64,000 nt of DNA from a virus, in IMG/VR virus record IMGVR_UViG_3300032116_000161, positions 2,432-66,431 of that record, one strand, 5' to 3'. A program made the translations under genes and the position numbers. Shown here piece after piece: positions 9,344 through 18,587 of this stretch. How positions within the stretch are numbered: the first letter of the stretch is position 1; every line of letters begins with the position of its first letter. Below the pieces are notes generated by a model that was given only the letters and a program-made list of their open reading frames with translations, did not search any database and had not been told where the DNA came from.

Positions 9344-10251
9344 TCAAAACACCTCCGATAAGCATTCCAATAAGCAACAGTTTCTTTCGGAACAATAGAT
9401 TCCCATTCAGACAAACTGCGAATCAGATCAGTCGTATACCTATATCCAATGATTTCCTTTTCCAAATTGGTTACCAGATCCTGAACATTTCGGTCCTGAT
9501 AAACAGATGCCTTATTATAAACAACACTCTTGGGGAAATAATGCTGAAGAACATATCCACCCCAAATGTCATCCATCCTACCAACATGAGGAAACACAGA
9601 ATAGTAAGGAATAACTTCTCGTGCCAAGAAAGTATTCTGACTATTAAATGGTGAGATAGAAAGAGATCCATAAGGACCTTGAATCTTATCAAACTTTACG
9701 ATAGGACGAATAGACAGTCTTGCCATCGCATCAATATCAGGATCACCATCCCACAGATCTGCCTGAACCAAAACTCTACGCTTGAGTTTGCCACCATAAG
9801 AAACCCTATCTCTGTAAGGAACCAGATCAATTGGATATCCACGATGCCAGACTTGATTGTGTTCTGTGACTGACAGTGGATCAAAGACTCCAAGATCAGT
9901 GTTGTAGAAGTCAATCTCTACAGTTTCACCCACAACAACATTAGTTCCCCAGCCATCATAAGGAATATTATCATCATCAACGGTCGCAACAATATCAGCA
10001 CCACGATTGTATGCCTCAACAAATCCAATGTTACGGCGTTGAATAGATTTCCAACCAATTGTCTCACTCAACTCTGGATAGGTTTTCTCTTGATATTCTG
10101 GAGAGAGATAAATGCAGTTTAGATTTTCATACTCATAGTGTGGGGTTTTAGTATCCCCCACCACAATCAGAGTCCAATCCTCTTTTCTTGAATACTTGAT
10201 CGTAGCAAGAGTAGGGGGATTGATAGTTGTCGTTACAATATACTTGTTCAC
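9340..10251 (-). CDS. STELLO/DUF288-like glycosyltransferase
   Basis: IVTTTINPPT, VVGDTKTP, RNIGF, DDDN, DPDIDA, PFNSQNT, RMDDIW. Confidence 0.75.
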   Translation of the reverse strand: MNKYIVTTTINPPTLATIKYSRKEDWTLIVVGDTKTPHYEYENLNCIYLSPEYQEKTYPELSETIGWKSIQRRNIGFVEAYNRGADIVATVDDDNIPYDGWGTNVVVGETVEIDFYNTDLGVFDPLSVTEHNQVWHRGYPIDLVPYRDRVSYGGKLKRRVLVQADLWDGDPDIDAMARLSIRPIVKFDKIQGPYGSLSISPFNSQNTFLAREVIPYYSVFPHVGRMDDIWGGYVLQHYFPKSVVYNKASVYQDRNVQDLVTNLEKEIIGYRYTTDLIRSLSEWESIVPKETVAYWNAYRRCFE

Positions 10252-11126
10252 ATTAAATACTTTTCAACGAAGTGTTTTGTCGTGTAGTTATTCACTGCCT
10301 TATTATAAGCGTTTTCTCTCATAGAGTCAAACATATCATAATTATCAATCACATATCTCAATTGCCTATCAAGATCTGCCTCATCATCAAAATACATAAA
10401 GTCTTGATCTGGAGTAAAGAAGTGCTCAATCGGATTCCAAGGATCTCTCTGACACAGAATCACACATTTGGCAAATGCTGCTTCAAACATTCTTGATTTA
10501 ATTTGAGGCATTGTTCCACGATCAATGTGCGTAAATGCTTTGTTCTCTTTACCTCTAGGAAAGTTGTAATAATTTTCTGCTGTTGCTGGATTAATATTAC
10601 AAAGACCATGAACAACTGCTACTTTAGTTTCAGAAAGCATCTTTATCTTATCAGCATAAGAGCATCTAGGAACATTACCCATACTGTAATGACCAAATCT
10701 AAAATTGTATTTGGTAAAGACATTCTGAATGTAATCTTGCCAGGGCACTGCGTTTGGTAGACTTCCAAAATAAGATACATCTATTGTCTTTTCCCGCTCT
10801 TCTGGAATCCAATCTTCACTAAAGGGGAAGAACACAAAGGTTCTATTCTCAAACAATTCGGCAGTGTATGGGCACAGAGTCAAGATTTTATCTGCCTTTT
10901 CGTGAAGAACTGCTTTCGGTCCCTGAACTACACAAAAGTTTGGTTCTTCTAGCGTCAGAACAACCTTCTCCTTATCTTCATACTGACCAGAATATAAGTC
11001 ACCATAAAAATCTGCCATAAACAAGTAGCAGTCTCTGGCAACATCCTCATACTTTTCAAAATTCAAATAGTATAAAGGATCTTCAGTAAGTCCGTTCTCT
11101 GGTCTCACAAAATTTAAAACTTTCAT
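10248..11126 (-). CDS. GT-B glycosyltransferase (CgeB/GT1_2-like C-terminus)
   Basis: KSRMFEAA...C.IL, F.P..DF.YF, ENAY.KA...YT. Confidence 0.7.
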   Translation of the reverse strand: MKVLNFVRPENGLTEDPLYYLNFEKYEDVARDCYLFMADFYGDLYSGQYEDKEKVVLTLEEPNFCVVQGPKAVLHEKADKILTLCPYTAELFENRTFVFFPFSEDWIPEEREKTIDVSYFGSLPNAVPWQDYIQNVFTKYNFRFGHYSMGNVPRCSYADKIKMLSETKVAVVHGLCNINPATAENYYNFPRGKENKAFTHIDRGTMPQIKSRMFEAAFAKCVILCQRDPWNPIEHFFTPDQDFMYFDDEADLDRQLRYVIDNYDMFDSMRENAYNKAVNNYTTKHFVEKYLM

Positions 11127-11887
11127 AGAACCTCATTAATATCTTCTTGAGTTAAAATATAAACTCCCATATGCTGAACTGATTTGGAAGCCAGATAAAC
11201 TGCCTTTGGTATGGCAACATTTAAATCTCTAGTATGTAGATAAAAGTAGCAAAGTGTTGCCAGGAAAACATCTCCTGCTCCAGTCACATCAAACACATCC
11301 ACTTGAGGAGAACGATAAACATAATCTTTCCACTTTGCTCCCAACTTACCCATTGTGACCACAAGTTCACAATTCTCTGGGAGACTCTTCATCTTGTTCT
11401 CCTCATCATTATTAATCTTGATGATCGCGTTGTTGAAATGTTTGAGATCTGGATTCTTACTGTCAACAAAGACAGGACCACCAAACTTTTCACATAAGAC
11501 ACTGATAGAATCAAGATCAAGAATACCCTTACAATAATCAGATATGACTACGGCATCATACTTTTTACAATCAGGTATTTCTACAGGATCTACTTGATGC
11601 CCAAGATCTTCTCTCAAAAGAAGTTGATTTGATTTTGTATCCACAAATCTTCTTTTGATTAATTGGTCTGGATCGTTGGTAACAAAATCAACATCCAAAC
11701 CATAGGAAAGCAGATTCTCTCTGACATTTGCTGCCATTCCTGGACGAGTCTCTTCTGCTCTGTAATCAAACACAGGAACAGGTGCCTCCGCACATAACCT
11801 GTCGCAGACACCATAATGATAAATGTCCTTACAAGACTCACCGATAAGTAAGACCTTGTAATGTTCTTGTTGTTGAGTATTCTCCAA
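11123..11887 (-). CDS. PfkB/RfaE-I (HldE kinase-domain-like) sugar kinase
   Basis: RL.AEAPVPV, GMAANV, ISDYCKG, DVTGAGDVF; probable TTG start at 11887. Confidence 0.85.
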   Translation of the reverse strand: MENTQQQEHYKVLLIGESCKDIYHYGVCDRLCAEAPVPVFDYRAEETRPGMAANVRENLLSYGLDVDFVTNDPDQLIKRRFVDTKSNQLLLREDLGHQVDPVEIPDCKKYDAVVISDYCKGILDLDSISVLCEKFGGPVFVDSKNPDLKHFNNAIIKINNDEENKMKSLPENCELVVTMGKLGAKWKDYVYRSPQVDVFDVTGAGDVFLATLCYFYLHTRDLNVAIPKAVYLASKSVQHMGVYILTQEDINEVL

Positions 11888-12236
11888 CTCTGTCAAAAAA
11901 CCGAACTGCCTTGGCATACTGTTCACCTACGACTTCTTTACCTTTCCAATCAGATCCTACAATCATTATATCAGGATTAATTGTTTTTATCAAATCCTCA
12001 AGTTCTTCTTTACTATTAAAGATGTGAACAACATCAATATAACGAATTGCTTGTAAAGTTTTAGCACGATCATCCTGACAAAAGATTGGTCTACCTTCTC
12101 CTTTCATTTGTGAGACTTTTTCATCAGAGTCAATCGCAACAATCAAATAATCACCTAGAGATCTGGCATACTCAAACAGTTGAATATGTCCTGGATGAAG
12201 AACATCAAAGCAACCATTCACAAAAATGATTTTCAT
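11838..12236 (-). CDS. RfaE-II/cytidylyltransferase-family nucleotidyltransferase
   Basis: NGCFDVLHPGH, KGEGRPI, GSDW, YSTT. Confidence 0.9.
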   Translation of the reverse strand: MKIIFVNGCFDVLHPGHIQLFEYARSLGDYLIVAIDSDEKVSQMKGEGRPIFCQDDRAKTLQAIRYIDVVHIFNSKEELEDLIKTINPDIMIVGSDWKGKEVVGEQYAKAVRFFDRVGEYSTTRTLQGLTYR

Positions 12237-12724
12237 TTCTCCCCCATCACCATAAATGAGTTATTCAGATCAACTCCAGAAACAAACACATTCTTATACC
12301 CACGGTCAACCATATAATCACGAATCATCTCTGGAACAAATACATGCTTATGCTTTCTGTTGTTCCAGGGTCTCCAATACTTCTGACTATAATCTGGAAG
12401 ATAGAGGAAGAGAACTCCTCCATCTATAAGGCGTTCATACCAGTAGTTCATTGTCTCAACCCAATCGTCAACATGCTCAAGACAATGGCTAGAGAAAATA
12501 TAATCAGGATCTCTTTCTGGAAGATGATTGGCATCCCAGTCATCATCAAAACTCAAATCAATAGGGGTAGATCCAGGAAAAGACCATTCGGGTTTCATAC
12601 AACCAATATCATATCCAAATCCAGAACAAACATGTTTGGCAAATGGAATCGCAAATTGAGAGGCATTACCAATGGTCTGGAAATGAGGATATGTAGTTTC
12701 TTGATAGTTGATTGTTTTAATCAT
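12233..12724 (-). CDS. Class I SAM-dependent methyltransferase-like
   Basis: DIGC, DYIFSSHCLEH, L.DGGVLFLYLP. Confidence 0.75.
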   Translation of the reverse strand: MIKTINYQETTYPHFQTIGNASQFAIPFAKHVCSGFGYDIGCMKPEWSFPGSTPIDLSFDDDWDANHLPERDPDYIFSSHCLEHVDDWVETMNYWYERLIDGGVLFLYLPDYSQKYWRPWNNRKHKHVFVPEMIRDYMVDRGYKNVFVSGVDLNNSFMVMGEK

Positions 12725-13473
12725 TGATATTGCCAGGGAAGATTAAATAAGTATCTTGTTTGCGACCAGTCACCCCAACGGTGATGAAGGAACATTGGTT
12801 TGTCTTTTACCTTGTCAAAGAGTTCAGAAGTCTCAAAAAGATAGTTCCAGGATGTTTCAATAAAGTTATATGCTGCTGCCTTTTCAATTACTTTACACCA
12901 GTCAAACAAAGAGTATCCTTCAATATGCTTTGCTTCAACGACTTGTGCTCCACCATAGTCAGCAGGATTCACAGATATTCTATCACAGATTTCAACTTGT
13001 GGTCTCGTACACCAGTAACGATTTACAAGAACATATACATCATCATCTTTGAGTCCTAGAACATCATAGAACAGTTTATCTTCTTTCTCTTTGTTACGGA
13101 CAAACTTAATATAATCTCTCCAGTCTTTCCAATCCATTCCAATACTGTCATACTTACCTGCCATAATCGGTTGGTAGTTTCCAAAACCTTGAAAATAAAA
13201 CAGGTCATCTGTAATTTCAGTTTGTTTCTCTGGAAGATAATGTTCAATTCCAGGAAACTGAATGTAATCTGGTAGAGGTGGGCGAGTCAGTTTTACTTCA
13301 TTATCACCCCAAGAAATAAAATTAAAGTCTGGAATATAATCATTTAACCATTCAAACTCTGATACAACTGGCCAGTAGACTTCATATCCTAGACTTTTAA
13401 TATGATGTGCTAGTTTTTGAAGAAATAAAATATCTCCAAGACCACAGGGTTGATAAATTAATCCTAGTTTCAT
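12721..13473 (-). CDS. Putative GT9-like glycosyltransferase, paralogue A
   Basis: N-terminal GLGDILF, FDWCKVIEKA...IETS; paralogous to 13470-14192. Confidence 0.5.
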   Translation of the reverse strand: MKLGLIYQPCGLGDILFLQKLAHHIKSLGYEVYWPVVSEFEWLNDYIPDFNFISWGDNEVKLTRPPLPDYIQFPGIEHYLPEKQTEITDDLFYFQGFGNYQPIMAGKYDSIGMDWKDWRDYIKFVRNKEKEDKLFYDVLGLKDDDVYVLVNRYWCTRPQVEICDRISVNPADYGGAQVVEAKHIEGYSLFDWCKVIEKAAAYNFIETSWNYLFETSELFDKVKDKPMFLHHRWGDWSQTRYLFNLPWQYQ

Positions 13474-14192
13474 TCTACCTCCATTGGAGTCATCTCTCTC
13501 CATTCATCTCTTGTATACTCAATCCATTGCCAAGGTTTCTTAAGAATCCCATCATAGACTCTTTCAGAATACTTATAGTGTCTGGGATGAATCGTAAGTC
13601 GTGTTGCTTTGAGGTCCAGTGTCTCCATCACATAATGAAGTGATGTGTCAACGGAGTGCATTTCTTCAGCATTCTCAAAAACCCAACACCAGTCAAAGAC
13701 TTTACCACCAGGAATATTCGGATCCATCTCAACAACCTTCCCATCATATCCTTCTGGGATTTGCTGATAAACTCCATTCATTGGTTTGTAGACACTATAA
13801 TATGGATTGATAAAGATAAACGGATCACCTTTCTCTAATCCAAGTCTTTTACGAAGATTCTCTTCCCGTTCAAGATTACGCTCATACTTGAAATAATCTT
13901 GCCAGTCATCATAAGAGATTCCTACGGCATCATACTTTGTACCCATTACATCCCAAGATCCTCTTGATTTGGGAACATTAGACAAATCAAGAACTCCAAC
14001 CTCACCAGAAGGAAGTTGGAGTTGTCCTTGAGCACCAATATGAGAACTAGTAATCATCTGATCCACACCAGCAGACCAGCAAGAAGGAGTGACTGGATGA
14101 TAAACAGTATGCTCTTGAGATAAAACTGTTGCGATCTTCTGAATAAAGAAGATGTCTCCCAGTCCTCCTGCCTGATCAATAATGATGTTCAT
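13470..14192 (-). CDS. Putative GT9-like glycosyltransferase, paralogue B
   Basis: GLGDIFF, FDWCWVFENA..MHSVDTS. Confidence 0.5.
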   Translation of the reverse strand: MNIIIDQAGGLGDIFFIQKIATVLSQEHTVYHPVTPSCWSAGVDQMITSSHIGAQGQLQLPSGEVGVLDLSNVPKSRGSWDVMGTKYDAVGISYDDWQDYFKYERNLEREENLRKRLGLEKGDPFIFINPYYSVYKPMNGVYQQIPEGYDGKVVEMDPNIPGGKVFDWCWVFENAEEMHSVDTSLHYVMETLDLKATRLTIHPRHYKYSERVYDGILKKPWQWIEYTRDEWREMTPMEVE

Positions 14193-15169
14193 CAGTTAAT
14201 CTTGTCGTACCAATACTTGAGAAGATCATTCAGAGTCGTATCAATATCATACTCTTCCTTGAATCCAGTCAGTTCTACAAGATTAGTAGAGTCACCGTGC
14301 TGATAATAGATCTCATGAGGACGCCAGAAGGGTTCATGAATCCTTTGCTCCACATGATCCAAACCAGACAGTTCAATCAATTTATCTGTAAAAAACTGCA
14401 TCTTACGAGGAGTATCTCCACAAATATTAAAGATGTGGTTGGTAACTTCTGGGTTAATCATTGCCAGATAATAAGCTCTTACGGTGTCACGAACATCCAT
14501 CACAACACGAGTTGTGCTTAAGTTGCCAACAAGAAGAACAGGATCCTGAAGACCCTTCATCATTCTAGCAATCTGGTAAGCATCAGATGAGATAGAGAAG
14601 ATCTTACCTCGGCGGGGACCAGTATGGGAGAAAGCACGAGTAATGAATCCCTTAATGAATCCATTCTGCATACGCTCCTGAAGATAAACATCAGTTGCTG
14701 CCTTTGATGCTCCATAAGGATTGGCAGGAAGAATCGTATCTTCCCAGTGAATCTTACGACCGTCTTGTCCCACATTACCATAGACTTCAGATGTAGAGCA
14801 GAACATCAACTTACAGTCTGGTTGATGATCCACAATTACTTGAATTAGATTAGCACTGCCCATCACATTGGTTTCCATCGTACCAATGGGATCAGTAAAG
14901 CTGGATGGAGGATGTGATTGAGCAGCAAGATGAAAGACACCATCAAACTGATACTTCTCAAAGATATTTCTCAAAGAACGATAGTTACACAAATCAGCAT
15001 ACAAAAAAGTAATAGAGTTGTATACTTCATCAGGAACTACATCATGAATGTCAGTCTCCATCCCATTGGTACGACGAATCAATCCATAGATTTCATGACC
15101 TTCAGCATGAAGAAGATTTGCTAGGTGAGGTCCAGCAAATCCAGTGATTCCAGTAATTAAAAACTTCAT
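14192..15169 (-). CDS. GDP-mannose 4,6-dehydratase-like SDR (Gmd/Rmd family)
   Basis: GITGFAG, HLAAQSH, STSEVYG, PYGASK, VGNL. Confidence 0.8.
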   Translation of the reverse strand: MKFLITGITGFAGPHLANLLHAEGHEIYGLIRRTNGMETDIHDVVPDEVYNSITFLYADLCNYRSLRNIFEKYQFDGVFHLAAQSHPPSSFTDPIGTMETNVMGSANLIQVIVDHQPDCKLMFCSTSEVYGNVGQDGRKIHWEDTILPANPYGASKAATDVYLQERMQNGFIKGFITRAFSHTGPRRGKIFSISSDAYQIARMMKGLQDPVLLVGNLSTTRVVMDVRDTVRAYYLAMINPEVTNHIFNICGDTPRKMQFFTDKLIELSGLDHVEQRIHEPFWRPHEIYYQHGDSTNLVELTGFKEEYDIDTTLNDLLKYWYDKIN

Positions 15170-15819
15170 TAATTTACAACTCCTTCAATAAGATCTTTAC
15201 ACACTTCAAGGTCAGCATCAACAGGGAATAGAATCAAGAATCCTTGTGCGACATACGATTCAATTATAACATGAGTTTCGTCAAACAACTCATAGACAAA
15301 ATCAATACCATCGGCCCCAGCAACTTTCCTTAAGTCCCAGTTGCCACCTTCATAGGGACCATCCTTATAAACTCTCAAATCATCCAGAATGAATACATCT
15401 TTTGAAATATCTCTACCACTTTCTTTAATGACTCTTAATTCAGATTCAAGTGGAATTCTTTTTGTAGGGTCTTTTTCACTTGTATAGGTGGCACCATTGA
15501 TATTAAAATCAGCACCTGGAAAATGAGCATCGTGCCAGAACAGAGTTGGTTCTGGTGACAGAGTTTCCAGAATAGTTTTCATCTCAACATGACTATACCC
15601 TTTGATTAGATGAAGATTAGGTGTTCCCTCAAACTTCTCTACCAATTTAGTATGAAGTTCATCCATTAACTCAATAGTATAAACATTGAGATCATCTGGA
15701 CGCACATTGAGAATATAAGAAAGACTGTCGGCAATTCCAGTGCCAGTCTCCACAAAGTTCTTAATACCAAAAGTCTCAATGACTTCTTTCGGTTTTACTG
15801 CTTGATAAATTTGTCCCAT
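15169..15819 (-). CDS. Putative methyltransferase-fold protein
   Basis: FVETGTG, TIE, G.S, FWHDAH, ILDD motifs. Confidence 0.55.
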   Translation of the reverse strand: MGQIYQAVKPKEVIETFGIKNFVETGTGIADSLSYILNVRPDDLNVYTIELMDELHTKLVEKFEGTPNLHLIKGYSHVEMKTILETLSPEPTLFWHDAHFPGADFNINGATYTSEKDPTKRIPLESELRVIKESGRDISKDVFILDDLRVYKDGPYEGGNWDLRKVAGADGIDFVYELFDETHVIIESYVAQGFLILFPVDADLEVCKDLIEGVVN

Positions 15820-15820
15820 G

Positions 15821-16624
15821 TTAATTAAAGTAATTAAGGTAAATAAAGTCTTCTAAAACTTCCATCTCTTTTGCTTTTTCCAGATTTTCTTGAATGGCAT
15901 CCATTTTAGAATAGTAAATGTCTTCAGATACATCGAATTCATCTGTCAAATCAATTATACCATCTTTATTGAAATACTTTCCAATATCTGGTGCTCCAAG
16001 ATAAACAGGAATGGTTCCTGTGGCAAAGCAATCTAAAAGTTTTTCTGTAAAGTAAGTCTCATATTGACCATTCTCAATCGCAACCGAGAACATGTAATCA
16101 CAAAGACCTTCTTCCTTTAAGGCGATTTCATTAAATCCACGACCATAAAGATCAACCTGATCTCCAATTCTTTCAACCCACTGAAGGCGAAGTCTATGCC
16201 CTTCACACATTCTTTTGTTTGAGGCAATCATAGAAATCATCTTTGATTTCTCATAGATCTTTGGTTCCTTGATCCAGAATCCTTGAGCAGGACACCACTT
16301 AAACTTTGGATCAATTTTTAAAAGTTCTTGATTATGTGTGAAGATGGCATCAAATGTTTCCAAATATTTTTCTGGAAACATTTTGACTTGATCTACAATT
16401 TGTGGAGTGATGTATTTTGATTCCAATAACCAGGCATATTTTGGTCCTTTTGGAGCATCATCCATCCAGGCATAAGGGAGAGTGCTGTCAATATAAAAAG
16501 AGCACTCTCCTCCCTCTTTGACCCATTCAATATACTTTGACTCTTTACCATGAACGGAATATCCTTTGTTTCCATTTGTAAGATGAGTAAAAGTATCTCC
16601 GATTAAATTAAACTTTCTTCGCAT
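15821..16624 (-). CDS. GT10 fucosyltransferase-like
   Basis: YMFSVAIEN...YFTEKLLDCF.TGTIPVYLG. Confidence 0.8.
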   Translation of the reverse strand: MRRKFNLIGDTFTHLTNGNKGYSVHGKESKYIEWVKEGGECSFYIDSTLPYAWMDDAPKGPKYAWLLESKYITPQIVDQVKMFPEKYLETFDAIFTHNQELLKIDPKFKWCPAQGFWIKEPKIYEKSKMISMIASNKRMCEGHRLRLQWVERIGDQVDLYGRGFNEIALKEEGLCDYMFSVAIENGQYETYFTEKLLDCFATGTIPVYLGAPDIGKYFNKDGIIDLTDEFDVSEDIYYSKMDAIQENLEKAKEMEVLEDFIYLNYFN

Positions 16625-17660
16625 TGATTTGCTCACTAATCCATGAATAAGTCTTACGAATACCTTCTTCAAGAGATTGAGAGTAATCCCAACCAAGTTC
16701 TCTACGGATCACATCGTTATTTGAGTTACGACCACGAACGCCTAGAGGACCAGGAATATGATTCTTCTCAACGGTTTTACCAGAAACTTTAGCGGCAGTA
16801 TCAACCAGTTGATCAATCGTCACCATCTCTTCAGACCCAATATTTACAGGACCAATAAAGTTAGAATCCATCATACGGCGAGTTGCTTCAATACACTCAT
16901 CAATATAAAGGAATGAACGAGTTTGTTTTCCGTCACCCCAGACATCAATGGTGCCGCCGTCTTCTGGAAGATATGCTACTTTACGGCAGATTGCTGCTGG
17001 TGCTTTTTCTCTTCCACCGTCCCAAGTTCCTTCTGGTCCAAAGATATTATGATACCTAGCAACCCGAACAGGGATCCCGTAATTACGATGATAAGCGAAA
17101 AAAAGTCGCTCTGAAAAAAGTTTCTCCCAACCATATTCCGAATCTGGGTTAGCAGGATAGGCGGATTCTTCACGGCAGTCAGGATTGTCAGGATCGAGTT
17201 GATTGTGCTCTGGATACATACATGCCGATCCAGAATAGAAAATCTTGGTGCTATTCTTACCCAGACGCTCATTCATCTGGTGTTGCATTTCCAAAACATT
17301 CAAGTTAATTGTTGCCGAATTGTGCATGATGTCGGCATCATTATCACCAGTGAATACAAATCCTGCACCACCCATGTCAGCAGCAAATTGATAGATCTCA
17401 TCAAATGCCTGAATATAACGATAAGGAACTGAATTATAAAAATTACCTCTATCTCCTTTGTACTCAAGAACACGACGAACAAAATCTACATCACGAAGAT
17501 CCCCAAGAACAAATTCATTCGCTTCGTGTTCTGAATATTCTGGATACTTAAGGTCTACACCACGAACCCAATATCCTTCGGAACGCAGTCTGCGAACCAT
17601 ATGACTTCCAATGAAACCACCAGCACCTAGCACCAGTGCTTTCTTCATATACTGACTCAT
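16608..17660 (-). CDS. GDP-mannose 3,5-epimerase-like NAD-dependent epimerase
   Basis: GAGGFIG, AADMGG.G, SACMYP, YGWEK, GGREKAPAAICRK, GVRGRNS. Confidence 0.88.
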   Translation of the reverse strand: MSQYMKKALVLGAGGFIGSHMVRRLRSEGYWVRGVDLKYPEYSEHEANEFVLGDLRDVDFVRRVLEYKGDRGNFYNSVPYRYIQAFDEIYQFAADMGGAGFVFTGDNDADIMHNSATINLNVLEMQHQMNERLGKNSTKIFYSGSACMYPEHNQLDPDNPDCREESAYPANPDSEYGWEKLFSERLFFAYHRNYGIPVRVARYHNIFGPEGTWDGGREKAPAAICRKVAYLPEDGGTIDVWGDGKQTRSFLYIDECIEATRRMMDSNFIGPVNIGSEEMVTIDQLVDTAAKVSGKTVEKNHIPGPLGVRGRNSNNDVIRRELGWDYSQSLEEGIRKTYSWISEQINAKKV

Positions 17661-17684
17661 AAAATCATAAACTCTATAGTATGT

Positions 17685-17721
17685 ATTATACAAAAAAAGA
17701 GGGGTCTTGTAAACCCCTCTC
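17685..17721 (-). promoter_or_regulatory. Terminator hairpin fused to sigma70 promoter of the sugar island
   Basis: GAGGGG/CCCCTC plus T7; TTTACA-17nt-TATAAT. Confidence 0.75.
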
Positions 17722-17729
17722 GTTAAGCT

Positions 17730-17822
17730 CAGGCTCGCCACCAATTCTTTGACTGGAAATTGGAAACCAGGCGGGAGAGAGTCCCATCCGCACCAGGGTT
17801 GTTAGCGTGTCTCCATCACGGG
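17730..17822 (-). ncRNA. wcaG-like cyanophage RNA motif
   Basis: Stems GGGAC/CCC and CCAATT/AATTGG with two UGGYG elements, directly upstream of an NAD-dependent epimerase, the context described for wcaG RNAs; identification from memory. Confidence 0.55.
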
Positions 17823-17845
17823 CATAAGGGGATTGACTCCACCAC

Positions 17846-18079
17846 CTAGTTTGCCTTAACTAGGAAAAGTTGAACTAGTTTTGGTATCTCAATAGCGGCA
17901 TAAAAACCACATAAGAAAAGAATGTCCCAAAACTTATATTTGATGGCAAAGGGAACGACAAAGACATTCCCAATACACTTCACAAATAAACCGATTTTCA
18001 TATCTCCCCATAACAGGAAAAAGTAACCTGATAGGAGGAGGATATTACCAATGTATCGGAATACATTAGACTTTGACAT
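17846..18079 (-). CDS. Small multi-pass membrane protein
   Basis: Three hydrophobic segments; GGAG RBS. Confidence 0.7.
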   Translation of the reverse strand: MSKSNVFRYIGNILLLSGYFFLLWGDMKIGLFVKCIGNVFVVPFAIKYKFWDILFLCGFYAAIEIPKLVQLFLVKAN

Positions 18080-18105
18080 AAGGGGTTTGCTCCCGACCAG
18101 TACTT

Positions 18106-18375
18106 TTAAAGACTCTCCGTGTCTTCTTCATCGTCCTTCACATAAGCAGGCACCATATCGGGGTCTAACCAGCAGGTATAGTCGTGGTCTTCCATAGCAG
18201 TAATGAGTTGCATCTCATTATCGCAAAGGTACATATCACGATAACGCCCAGTATATGCGTCTACTTTTTGAATACGGCAATCAGGTTTGCCGTTGATTTC
18301 AAGAGTGCCGACTTGAACATACCGATAAGGAAAACGCTCAAGCAGAACAGTAGGTTTCCTAACGACTTTCATCAA
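18106..18375 (-). CDS. Hypothetical protein (LERFPYRYVQVG...)
   Basis: Coupled ORF of ordinary globular composition. Confidence 0.75.
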   Translation of the reverse strand: MMKVVRKPTVLLERFPYRYVQVGTLEINGKPDCRIQKVDAYTGRYRDMYLCDNEMQLITAMEDHDYTCWLDPDMVPAYVKDDEEDTESL

Positions 18376-18587
18376 CCAACCTCAACAGACTGAAGATCTT
18401 GGTCAATATACTCCATAAGCATTTCGTAGTCGTCAAGGGGGTCACCAGAAAATACGACGCCCTCATTTTCGTAGAAGCGACGGACCTTTTTATAAAGTTT
18501 CGGATTCTTTACATCAAGGTAGATTTCCCCGTTAGCAGCAAGTTGAAGAGTGCTAACATCCTTTTTGAACTTTTGAATCAGAGACAT
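18372..18587 (-). CDS. Hypothetical protein
   Basis: First ORF after TTGACT-17-TATAAT promoter. Confidence 0.75.
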   Translation of the reverse strand: MSLIQKFKKDVSTLQLAANGEIYLDVKNPKLYKKVRRFYENEGVVFSGDPLDDYEMLMEYIDQDLQSVEVG

